From contig CAVVOB010000038.1 of NCBI GenBank assembly GCA_963749655.1, forward strand, positions 64,001 to 128,000: a DNA stretch of 64,000 nt. The letters are read 5' to 3'. The translations under genes and the position numbers were made by a program. This document shows positions 8,214 to 18,100 of this stretch, in pieces. Within the stretch, counting starts at the first letter, position 1, and every line of letters begins with the position of its first letter. The notes under the pieces were generated by a model that did no database searches, was not told the origin of the DNA, and was given only the letters and a program-made list of their open reading frames with translations. The stretch comes from Nitrospirota bacterium. Its GTDB lineage: Bacteria; Nitrospirota; UBA9217.

Positions 8214-9104
8214 ATGTTCAAAAAGATCTCAGTTCTTGCGTTCTGCTTCTTCGTTCTTTCGCTGGCAGCGGTTGTTTCCTCGCCTGCCGCAGACCAGGCC
8301 TTGAAGCCCTATTTGCTCGGCTTCCGGGGACCCGCAACCATCGCAGCCAAACTGACCGATGTGAAGACGGCGCTGGCGCAGAAGGGTTTCCAGATCGTCG
8401 GCGAGTATGCGCCCTATACGGGCGCAACAGTGCTCGTGGTGACGAGTGATGCGCTCAAGGCTGCTGCGGCAAAGTCGGCATTCGGGGCCTATGGCGCAGT
8501 GATGCGCGTTTCGCTCACCAGCGTCGGCAGCGAGCTGCAGGTGGCTGCAACGAACCCGCGATACTTTGCAGCAGCATATCGGCTGAAGGAAGACCTGAAC
8601 GATGTTGCAACGGCGCTCGAACAGGCAATAGGCAAAACCGTCGAATTCGGCTCCAAGAACGGGATCACGGCAGCCCAGCTGAAGAAGTACCACTATATGG
8701 TGATGATGCCCTACTTTGACGACCAGGTAAAGCTCGCCGTGTACCCGTCCCAGGACGAGGCGCTTGCCGCCGTCGAGGCGGGGCTTGCGGCCAGGAAGGG
8801 CGGCGCGATCAAGGTATACCGCGTGGACCTGCCGGGAAAAAAGGAATCGGTCTTCGGCGCTTATTTGACCGAGGGCGCGGGTGCTGATGCCGCGATCATG
8901 AAGGTCATCGACATCGGCGAACTGAAGCATACGGCCCATTTGCCCTATGAGCTGGTCGTGTCCGACGGTACCGTGTACATGCTCCACGGCAAGTTCAGGA
9001 TCGCCCTCGATTTTCCGGACCTCACCATGGGCACGTTCATGAAGATCTCCGGAGCGCCGGCAGCCATCGAGGAGAAGCTCAAGGCGGCGGCAGGAGGGAA
9101 GTAG
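8214..9104 (+). CDS. Exported hypothetical protein
   Basis: Sec signal peptide, good RBS and codon usage, HYMVMMPYF and HTAHLPYE motifs. Confidence 0.7.
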   Translation: MFKKISVLAFCFFVLSLAAVVSSPAADQALKPYLLGFRGPATIAAKLTDVKTALAQKGFQIVGEYAPYTGATVLVVTSDALKAAAAKSAFGAYGAVMRVSLTSVGSELQVAATNPRYFAAAYRLKEDLNDVATALEQAIGKTVEFGSKNGITAAQLKKYHYMVMMPYFDDQVKLAVYPSQDEALAAVEAGLAARKGGAIKVYRVDLPGKKESVFGAYLTEGAGADAAIMKVIDIGELKHTAHLPYELVVSDGTVYMLHGKFRIALDFPDLTMGTFMKISGAPAAIEEKLKAAAGGK

Positions 9105-9130
9105 AAAACATTGTTCATCGTAAAACAAAC

Positions 9131-9166
9131 AAAGGCCAGAGTGAACAAACACTCAGGCCTTTTCTT
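9131..9166 (+). terminator. Rho-independent terminator (possibly bidirectional)
   Basis: AAAGGCC-AGAGTG...CACTC-AGGCCTTTT between convergent genes. Confidence 0.6.
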
Positions 9167-9290
9167 CGTGTCAAACCTGTTATGAGGAACGATTTTGAAG
9201 CAAGCCAGGCATGCCTGGAGTCGGGGAAGTCTACCTTTCAAGACCCAAATCCTTTTTCGCACGAAGACGCCGAGACGCAAAGAAAGGCGG

Positions 9291-12052
9291 TCATTTAACC
9301 ACCGCCCCCAGATACTCCCTCAAATATTTCCCCGTATACGATTCCCCGATCTCTGCCACTTCTTCCGGCGTGCCCTGCGCCACGATCCTGCCGCCTGCTT
9401 CGCCTCCCTCGGGGCCGAGGTCGATGACCCAGTCCGCGGTCTTGATCACATCGAGGTTGTGCTCCACGACGACCACGGTGTTGCCCGCGTCCACGAGCGC
9501 GTTCAGCACCTGGAGCAGCTTTTTTACGTCGTCCATGTGGAGGCCTGTCGTGGGCTCGTCGAGGATGTAAACCATGTCGTACAATTTCGCGTCGCCCAGT
9601 TCGTGGGATATCTTGAGCCGCTGGCTTTCGCCGCCCGACAGGGTCGTTGCCGGCTGGCCGAGCCGCAGATACCCGAGCCCGACCGCGGCGAGCGACTGGA
9701 GCTTGTCCTTGATAGGCGACTGCCCTTCGAAGAACGTGAGGGCCTCGTTCACCGTCATCTGGAGCACGTCGGCGATGTTTCGGCCCTTGTAGTGTATCTT
9801 CAGTACCTCGGGCTTATAGCGCCTGCCTCCGCACTGTTCGCAGGTGACGAACATGTCCTCGAAGAAGTACATCTCGATCTTCTGCACGCCTGCGCCGTCG
9901 CAGGCCGCGCACCGTCCGCCTGCAACGTTGAAGGAGAAATGGCCGGGGCCGAACTTCTTGCGCTTCGCGTCCGGCAGGCCTGCAAAGAACTTACGGATGA
10001 GGTCAAAGGCCTTTACATAGGTAACAGGGTTCGAACGCGGCGTCTTGCCGATCGGTTCCTGGTCGATGAGCCGCACGCCCTTGATGTGCTCGAGGCCCAG
10101 GAGTTCCCCGTAGGCCCCCGGTTTTCCGAATTCGACGCCCAGTTCCCGCGCGAGGGCGGGGTAGAGCGTGTCCTGGACGAGCGTGGACTTGCCCGAGCCC
10201 GACACGCCGGTAATGCAGGTCAGGGTCTGGAGCGGAATGCGGACGTTGATCTTCTTCAAGTTGTTTCCCGACGCCGCGCGGACCTCCAGGAACTTGCGTT
10301 CCTGCTTTCGCCTCCTGGCAGGGACCGGGATCGTCTCCCTGCCGGAGAGGTACTTGGCCGTAAGGCAGGAACTGCGAAGGAATTCGCGCTGTGATCCTTC
10401 GAACACGACGCGACCTCCGCGTTCGCCTGCTCCCGGCCCCATTTCCACGACATGGTCGGCAGACCGGATGAGCGCGGGATCGTGCTCGACCATGAGCACC
10501 GTATTGCCCGATGCGGAGAGCTCGCGGATGATCCCGACCAACAGGTGCGTGTCGCGCGGGTGCAAGCCGATGCTCGGCTCATCGAGTACATACAGCGTGC
10601 CCATGAGCCTGAGCGCAAGCTGGTTCGAGAGATTCACCCGCTGGGCCTCTCCTCCTGAAAGCGTGCGCGTCTGCCGGTCGATCGTGAGGTATCCGAGGCC
10701 CACGCGGAGAAAGTAGGCCAGCTTCATTTCCAGCTGCCTCAGGATCTCCTTTGCCGCCTGCTTCTCGAATTCGGTCAAATCGAGATCGTGCAGCCATTGT
10801 ACGAGGTACGCAACCGGCGTGGCTGACGCCTGCGAGATATCGATCCCGCCGACCGTGACGATGAGCGCCTCGGGCTTGAGCCGTGTTCCCCGGCACACCG
10901 GGCAGATTGCGGCGCTGCGGTATCTGCTCAGGAACACCCGCACATGGAGCTTGTAGCGTTTGCCCTGGAGATACGCGAAAAAATCATCGATGCCGTGAAA
11001 GCTCCCGGTCCCCTTGAACAGCGCTTCCCGGTCGGACTTCGGCAGGTCCTGCCACGGAACATCCACGGCGATCCCGGCCTTCTTCGCGCCTGTGAGCACC
11101 TGGCGCATCCACCATTTCGACGATGCCTTGGTCCAGGGCTCGATCGCGCCCTGTTTCAGGCTCAGGTGCTTGTCGGGGACGATGAGGTCCTCGTCGTAAC
11201 GCAGGATATTGCCGAAGCCGTTGCACTCTTTGCATGCTCCGACAGGGTGATTAAAGGAAAAAAGAACGGGCTGCGGAGCCTCGTACACGGTCCCGCAGGA
11301 AGGGCACGCGAGCGCCTGGCTGAAGCGGATGGTCTTTTCCCCCAGGACCTCGACAAGGACCTCGCCCTTGCCCTCCCGGAGCGCGGTCTCCAGGGACTCG
11401 ACAAGCCGCGCGCGGGAATCAGGCGTGACCACAAGACGATCCAGCAGCACGAGCAGTTCGGTAAGGTCCTTCTTCCCCGAATCGACTGCCGAGGTCTCGA
11501 CGATCTCCTCGTCCCAGCTTGAGCCTGCCGAAGCCCCTGCTCTGGAGCTCCATCAAAAGCGCGCCCGGGCCGTCCGCGGGAACGGGGATCCGGAACAGAA
11601 CGTAGATCCTTTTTTCCGAGGTGGTCGCGCAGAAGATCGTCGGCGATCGACGAGGGATGGGAGCGCTTTACCTCAGTCCCGTCTTTCGGACAGACGATCT
11701 TTCCGATCTTGGCGAAGAGGAGCCGAAGGTAGTCGTAGACTTCCGACACGGTGCCGACGGTGGAGCGGGACGTCCTGACCGGATTTCGCTGCTCCAGCGC
11801 AACAGCAGGACGCACGTTCCGGAGCTCGTCCACGTCAGGTCGGTCCAGCTTTTCGAGGAACATCTGTGCGTACGTGGACAGGGACTCGATGTAGCGCCAC
11901 TGCCCCTCGGCAAAGACCGTGTCAAAGGCCAGCGAGGACTTGCCCGAGCCGGACAGCCCGGTGACCACGGTCACGGCATCGTGGGGGATCGCGAGGCTCA
12001 CGTTCTTGAGGTTGTTCTGGCGGGCGCCTTGTATGATGAGTTCGGACTTCAT
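9291..12052 (-). CDS. uvrA: Excinuclease ABC subunit UvrA (frameshifted at about 11.5-11.6 kb)
   Basis: [48 protein letters not shown] and Zn fingers, split over ORFs 11162-12052 and 9291-11450. Confidence 0.9.
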
Positions 12053-12278
12053 AGGTCAAGTCTATTATTGTAACACGGCAGGGAGAAAAAACCCACAATT
12101 CTAAAAGCACTCTTCGCCTGATCCGATACGGACGGCGGATCATTTCTCCTGCAACCATGTCTGCAGATTCCCGTCCGCCTGGCGCACCCGGCTGTTCAAA
12201 ATTGAAAAAAGGAGAGGGGCGCAATGAAGAACATCTCAAGGAGAGGTGTGCAAAGGAGAGTGTAAAACGGTCAATTTT

Positions 12279-14130
12279 TCAGGAGGAGTCACTGCGGCCT
12301 GGAGACATGTTCCCGCTGACGGGCAGGGTGAAGATAATCATGCTTCCACTGCCCCGCCTGCTCTCGGCCCATATTCTGCCGCTGTGGTGTTCGATGATCT
12401 CGCGCGCAATGGCGAGGCCGAGCCCCGAACCCTCCTCCGCGTTGGCGCTCTCGTCTCGGGAGCGCTGGAATTTTTTGAAGATCAGCTCGAGGTCCCCGGC
12501 GTCGATGCCGATCCCCGTATCGGAGATCTCCACGATGATCTCCTCCCGGGGAGAATACTGCCGACGCGCAGCGATCCGGATCGAGCCGTTGCGGGGCGTG
12601 AACTTGACGGCGTTGGAAAGGATGTTGGTCACGACCTGCACGAGCCGGTCCCGGTCGCCGGAAAGGCCGGAAAGGCGCGGCTCGAGGGAGGTCGTCACGG
12701 AGATGCTTTTACGCTCGAAAAGCGGTCCCATGACGGCGAGGGCCTTTTTTATCACATCATCGATCGACACCTCTTCGAACCGCCACCTCATCGACCCCGC
12801 TTCGATCCGGGAAAGATCGAGGACATCGGAGATGAGCCGCGAAAGGCGGTCGGTTTCGGCATTGATGATGCCCATGAACCGGGTCCGCTCCGGAGCGGGC
12901 ATGTCCGGCTTCATGACGGTCAGCTCTGCAAACGCTTTGATGGTCGCGAGGGGAGTGCGCAGTTCGTGGGACACCATGGAAACGAAGTCAGACTTCATCT
13001 TGTCGACGGTCTGGAGCTGCTCATTTGCCTTTTGGAGCTGGAGTATGAGCTCTTCCCGTTCCTGCTCGGCGCGTTTGCGGTCGCTGATGTCGCTTACGAC
13101 GCAGACAACGGCCAGCGTTTCGCCGGCGGGGTTGCGCATGATCGACGTGGACAGGCTGAGGGTGCGCAACGCGTCCTCCGGCGCCCGGAAATCCACCTCC
13201 CGGTCCCGGACCGTACCGTCCGCGAAAAAAGATTCCAGATGCCCGGCAAAAAAAGAGCTGCCGGCCGCACTTTCGCCCGGTCGCTTGCCGACCAGGTCCT
13301 GCTCCCGGCAGCCGAAGAGGGTGCACGTCGCCCGGTTGACGAGCCGGACGACCCCGTCGGAGTCGAGGACGATCAGGGCGTCGTTCATGGTGTCGATGAT
13401 CTCACGGGCGGCGAAGGCGGGCGTGATGGCCATGAACCGGTAATGGAGTATCGCCCACGACGAGATGATGAGGAAAACGAAGATCTCTCCATGGGCCAGC
13501 GGCCGCCACGGCATGCCGAGGGAAATGATGAAGTCAAAGGCGCCGAGGTATCCCACGGCAAAACCGAACAGCAGTATCCGGGCGCGCATCTTCTGGATCG
13601 AACCCGGCACGGACGCGCGGTACGCCTTCACGAAGCTCCGCAGGGTGGCGATCTCGATCGCGAGGAAATACACCACAAAGGGAATGCTCGTGATGCGCGC
13701 TTGAGGATAAAAACCCCATGCATGGCGCTGCAGGGAGGAGAACTGCAGGTTGGTGGTCAGCATGAGGGCGGCGAAACAAGCGCTCAGCAGCCAGACAGCC
13801 GAGGACGCGTTTTCTCGCGCTGTCATAATCCTTCACGATAAGGGCGTTGAAATGGTAGACCGCGGCGGGGATGACGGCGATGCCGGCATAGGCGATCTTT
13901 GCCCACCACATCGCGAGGGCCTCGTCGGCAGCGCTGTACATCCAGGAAATTCCGAAAAGCCACAGGCCCATGGCGCTTGCCAGCACGAAAAAGACAACGC
14001 TCACATGGGAGCCTTGCTCGCGGACCAATGCGAACATGCCGAGGGCGATGATGCCCAGCGCCACAATGAGCGTCTGGATCGAGAGCGGGTTCATCGCATA
14101 AAGGGTGCTGTCGTAGAGAAAAGGCATCAT
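12279..14130 (-). CDS. Membrane (7TM-type) PAS histidine kinase (frameshift at about 13800)
   Basis: Multi-TM N-terminus, PAS, SHELRTPL H-box, NAVKF, DTGIGI, GSGLGLAI. Confidence 0.88.
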
Positions 14131-14307
14131 GGGGAAACGGTTCGTTTTGCTGAAAGCGCCGGACTGTCGGATGGTCCTGAACGTCTTAACGTTTCGTATC
14201 CTTTTGTAAATGTATAATAAAAAATCAGTCCTGGCAAGAAAAATTGTTCGTGAACCTATAGGTCTGAGTTTCTAATACAAACGCATTTAAATTCGATACT
14301 GCTTTGC

Positions 14308-14342
14308 CCCTCACCTTTGTCCTCTCCCAGAGGGGAGAGGGT
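14308..14342. repeat. REP-like hairpin
   Basis: CCCTCACC...CCTCTCCC-AGA-GGGGAGAGGG inverted repeat in intergenic DNA. Confidence 0.5.
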
Positions 14343-14676
14343 TGGGCGAGGGGGGACTTTTCAGGATGTTACAATATTTACTTCGTTTGCATTAGTTTTG
14401 AGTTTCCAGTTTATAAAACAGGAAAAATCGTATGGAGCACAACGTGGGGGGGGGGGCATAGGGCGTAAACTGCAGTGGCGAGTTTATCAAAAGCGCGGAC
14501 AGATTCCCGGCATCAAGAAGTCATCGCTAAGCCGTATGAAGGAAAGAGCAGGAGCGGAGAATGTCAATTCAACAAAAGTACTACCTCGCACGGTATCATA
14601 AACGCAGGTGGTTTGCAGGTGGGGATTCCAAATCCCCTGTGAAAGCTTTCTGATCGGCAATATTTTTTATGCTACA

Positions 14677-14705
14677 TGCAATAAACGAGTGTCTTTATTC
14701 GTCAT
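14677..14705 (+). promoter_or_regulatory. Possible ECF autoregulatory promoter
   Basis: TGCAAT-17 bp-CGTCAT about 35 nt upstream of the ECF sigma gene. Confidence 0.35.
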
Positions 14706-14740
14706 AATAATAGAGACGGGAGACGCTAAATGGGTGCCCT

Positions 14741-15285
14741 ATGAGCGATGAAACCGGTAAAACCGGTCTTGCGCGGTTTTTCAGCGACAATTATGGAAAA
14801 CTGGTCAGGTACTTTCAGTTCAATTATTCCGACCTTTCGGATATGGAGGCCGAAGACATCGTGAGCGATCTGATGGCCGATCTGCTTGAGAAGGCCGACA
14901 TCACCGCTCATGTCGAAAACCTGTCCGCCTATATCTATCGTTCCATCCAGAATAAGGCGATTGATTATCTGAGAAGGAGGAAGAAGACGATCCCGTTCGT
15001 AAATACCGACGAGGAGGAAAATGGAACCGCGAAGAAACCGCCCCGGAACCGCGTTACGACATGGAAAATGCGATCGAAGCGTCGGAAATCCGGGACCGGC
15101 TGATCGAAGCGCTCGATCGGCTAGAACCGGGTCAGCGGTCGGTCTGGATCGCCACGGAGATCGAAGGATATCCGTTCCAGGAGCTTTCGAAAGCATGGGG
15201 TGTGCCTATGGGTACGCTTCTGGCCAGGAAGCATCGGGCTAATGCAGCCCTGCAGAAGGAGCTGCAGGATTTCAATAATCCGTGA
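14741..15285 (+). CDS. ECF sigma-70 factor (frameshift at about 15.03-15.05 kb)
   Basis: Region 2 (EAEDIV...AYIYRSIQNKAIDYLRR) and region 4 (EGYPFQELSKAWGVPMGTLLARKHRA) in two frames. Confidence 0.85.
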
Positions 15286-15300
15286 AAAGGAGTCAACACT

Positions 15301-15714
15301 ATGGACAAAGAAAAACATTCGTATCACTGCGGGGGAAGAGGATCATGGACCGCACGCCGGATCGTAAAGGGAATTGTCATCGGTCTCGTATTCGCGCTGG
15401 TGTTCGGCATTTTTGTCCAATTGCTCTGGAACTGGCTGATGCCGGGAGTTTTCGGTCTGAGGGAGATCACTTATTGGCAGGCGATCGGGATGGTCGTCCT
15501 TGCGCATATTCTTTTCGGACACCGAGGGCCGCGGGAATTCGGCGGCCGGCACAGACACGGTCCCTGGGCGTGGAGCGGCCCCTGCTCCGGGGAAGGGGTT
15601 GCAAACGGTCATATCAAGGACTGGCGGCGATATGACGAATGGTGGGAAGCAGAAGGCCGGGATGCATTCAAGAAATATATCGACAGCCGGGAAATGAAAG
15701 GAGAGAGAACATGA
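15301..15714 (+). CDS. Hypothetical membrane protein of the ECF operon
   Basis: Two TM segments and LWNWLMP.FG...ITYWQAIG motif. Confidence 0.75.
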   Translation: MDKEKHSYHCGGRGSWTARRIVKGIVIGLVFALVFGIFVQLLWNWLMPGVFGLREITYWQAIGMVVLAHILFGHRGPREFGGRHRHGPWAWSGPCSGEGVANGHIKDWRRYDEWWEAEGRDAFKKYIDSREMKGERT

Positions 15715-16146
15715 ACAGGAACAAGTATATTGTACTGACACTGCTGATGACGACCCTTCTGGCGCTTGTCGCCATCGCGTGCTATCATCGAACGCCGGAA
15801 CAGCGGGCGGAGCGCGTAGTCCAGCACCTGGTTTCAACGCTCGGGCTGAATGCCGATCAAACGGCAAAGCTCGAAAAGATCAAGGAAGAATGTATGGCCA
15901 GACGGCCGGACATGGCGAAGATGCGGGAAGAAAGCTTGAAGGACATTGTGGAGATGATGAAGAGCCCGCAGATCGACGAGGCGAAGTTAAAGGCACGTAC
16001 GGAGAAAATTCAGGCCCATGCGAACGACGTGATCAGTTTCATTTCCGCGAAGTTCGCGGAACTCCATGATATTCTGACTCCCGAGCAGAGGAAGCAAGCT
16101 TGCGGAGGAGATGGAGAAGCATGTGAAGCGGGCTCATCACTGGTAA
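15711..16146 (+). CDS. Spy/CpxP-family periplasmic chaperone (frameshift at about 16092)
   Basis: LGLNADQ and ILTPEQR (LTxxQ) motifs; the shifted frame ends KLAEEMEKHVKRAHHW-TAA. Confidence 0.8.
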
Positions 16147-16231
16147 GGGAAGGGCGGGTGTCATTTCTATATAAGAAGTTATTTTATTCAGTACTGTTCG
16201 TCATGACGAGCGCACTCATGCATTTGGGCGC

Positions 16232-16433
16232 TCGTCAGCGGCGTTTTTGGGAGCACCGGATACGAGATGATGCTGATCTTAATAGACATATGGATTACAT
16301 TCACTTTAATCCGGTAAAACACGGCTTCGCGGTCGCTCCTCGTGCCTGGCGGTATTCGAGTTTTCACCGATATGTGGAAGCAGGGAGATACCATCCGGAG
16401 TGGGGTTTACAGGACGGGATTCGGCTTGGTTAG
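16232..16433 (+). pseudogene. REP-associated tyrosine transposase (RAYT) 3' remnant
   Basis: QRRFWEHRIRDDADLNRHMDYIHFNPVKHG...WRYSSFHRYV, with no N-terminal HUH half. Confidence 0.8.
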
Positions 16434-16456
16434 GGTGTTGGGCATGAATAAATAAT

Positions 16457-16491
16457 GTTGGGCTTCACACGAGGAGTTCAGCCCAACCTAC
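16457..16491. repeat. GTAG-type REP (GTTGGGCT...AGCCCAACCTAC)
   Basis: Palindrome next to the RAYT remnant, same family as 56186 and 56709. Confidence 0.8.
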
Positions 16492-16535
16492 CGTTTTATA
16501 ACAACGTTATTGATACTATATCCCGGAGGTACATA

Positions 16536-16985
16536 ATGAACAAATCGCACAATGCCGTCCTCGTGTCCTGTCTTTTTGTATTCCTCTTCCTTATGTATGC
16601 CGCCCCGCCTGCTTTCAGCAGCGACTACGAAGGCGTCACGGTCACGTCCCTGAAGAAAACCACGACAACGACGAACGGCCAAAAGGTGTCCTATCCCGTA
16701 ACGGATTCCCCCGAGGTCACCGCTGTCCTGGTCGAGATCCCTGCAGGAGGCGAAACAGGATGGCATCTGCACCCGATTCCGGTTTACGCCTATGTGCTTT
16801 CGGGCGCGCTTACCATTGAGATGGAAACAGGCGAGCACTATTCATTCAAAGAAGGGGACGCGATCGTCGAGGTGGTGAACGCGAAGCACAACGGCAGAAA
16901 CACCGGGAAGGTGCCGGCGAAGCTCGTGGTCTTTTATACGGGCGTGGCCGGGAGTCCGGTGGCTGTCAAGGCACCGCTTCAGTAA
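16536..16985 (+). CDS. Exported cupin domain protein
   Basis: Signal peptide, GGETGWHLHP...YVLSG, HNGRNTG. Confidence 0.85.
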   Translation: MNKSHNAVLVSCLFVFLFLMYAAPPAFSSDYEGVTVTSLKKTTTTTNGQKVSYPVTDSPEVTAVLVEIPAGGETGWHLHPIPVYAYVLSGALTIEMETGEHYSFKEGDAIVEVVNAKHNGRNTGKVPAKLVVFYTGVAGSPVAVKAPLQ

Positions 16986-17042
16986 AGGGACCTTAGGGAT
17001 GATCTTTATATAGGTTGTTGAGCAGGCTCGACCGATAACGAA

Positions 17043-17112
17043 CGCACCCTGAAGGGTGCGGCTACAAGAGAACCAATACGCTTTGTTTGTAGCCGCAGGC
17101 TTCAGCCTGCGT
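17043..17112. repeat. Inverted pair of GTAGCCGCA-type REPs
   Basis: CGCACCCTGAAGGGTGCGGCTAC and GTAGCCGCAGGCTTCAGCCTGCGT; the second is identical to 37749-37772. Confidence 0.8.
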
Positions 17113-17118
17113 ACCAGC

Positions 17119-17667
17119 TCAAAACATCACCGCAACAAGCAGCTCTGGATAGAGCTCTTCGCAGTTCTTGTACACGGCCCGGTCGCAGGTGAGATGAAAC
17201 TCCTGGGCAGCGCCTGCGCCGAAATAGAAGTTTCCGCCGGTCAGGAAAAAGACTCCTGCCCGCGCGCCGATCGTGTCCTGGTCGCGGTATCCGTCGATGA
17301 AGGTGCGGCGGTAGAAGATGCCTGCGTAGGGATTGATCGGGCCGGTCGTTTTTATGACAAAACGGACCGAGGGGCTTACCTGCGTGATGCCGGGCGTGCC
17401 TGACCAGGTCTCGGCGTCGAGGCCGAGCTCAAGACCGTCGGCGACAAAGTAGCCCGCGCCGAGCCCGAAGATCGAATAGGTCTTGTCAAAAGCGTAGCCG
17501 CTTCCCAGAAAGAGCGAGATGCGCGCATTCCCCTCGTCAAAGGGGGAAGCTTTCTCCGCTGCGTTTGCTGCAGCAGGCAGCAGCAGAGCCAGAAGGAAAC
17601 ACCCTATCAACGTCCGGCGAAGCAACATCATATTCTTTCCGACCGTGTCCCTTGTCATCCTCGTCAT
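17119..17667 (-). CDS. Small outer-membrane beta-barrel protein
   Basis: Signal peptide, GAGYFVADGLELGL, PYAG, alternating beta strands, C-terminal Phe. Confidence 0.7.
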   Translation of the reverse strand: MTRMTRDTVGKNMMLLRRTLIGCFLLALLLPAAANAAEKASPFDEGNARISLFLGSGYAFDKTYSIFGLGAGYFVADGLELGLDAETWSGTPGITQVSPSVRFVIKTTGPINPYAGIFYRRTFIDGYRDQDTIGARAGVFFLTGGNFYFGAGAAQEFHLTCDRAVYKNCEELYPELLVAVMF

Positions 17668-17891
17668 TATTTTGTCTCTCCTCCGGAGCATCGTCTCTTC
17701 AATCCTTCGGTCACCCACCGGGGGACCGGCTTCCCCTCGTCCCTGAGCTTCTGCTCGAGCTTCTTCAGGATGTCCGGGGAAGGGGCGAACCCTCAGAGGG
17801 ACATCTTTTTCCGGAACCCGTACCAGAACCATGCTGCCATGGCAGCGTAAAGCACAACGAGAACTCCGGCAATTGTCGCAATCATCGTCAT
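17667..17891 (-). CDS. Small single-TM protein with in-frame TGA at codon 33 (possible Sec read-through)
   Basis: GGGAGGT RBS; MTMIATIAGVLVVLYAAMAAWFWYGFRKKMSL-TGA-GFAPSPDILKKLEQKLRDEGKPVPRWVTEGLKRRCSGGETK-TAA overlapping the next ATG. Confidence 0.5.
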
Positions 17892-18100
17892 GAGACCTCC
17901 CTAACCCGGGCAAGCGGGAATCTGAAAGGCAAAGCGTAAGGCGTCTCGCGCAAAGCCGCAAAGAACGTCAGGAAAACCTTACCATCCCTTTTCGAAAAAG
18001 ACAAGTAGTTTGCCTTTTTTACGGCCTTACGCGAAATTTTTTCCGGGAAGATATTGATTCATGAGTTTTAAAACATTATGCACCTTTGACGGACCATCGC

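Noticed and set aside
14490-14530. KRGQIPGIKKSS resembles the C-terminus of ribosomal protein S14
   Set aside because: There is no upstream S14 sequence or Cys motif, so it is probably chance.
15639-16433. Apparent Spy-transposase fusion ORF
   Set aside because: An extra base near 16092 shifts Spy off its natural stop at 16146 and into an unrelated RAYT remnant.
17900-17975. GCAAAGCC segment suggestive of a c-di-GMP-I riboswitch
   Set aside because: It belongs to the CGCAAAG repeat family also at about 7308 and 62720, and lacks the P1/P2 architecture.
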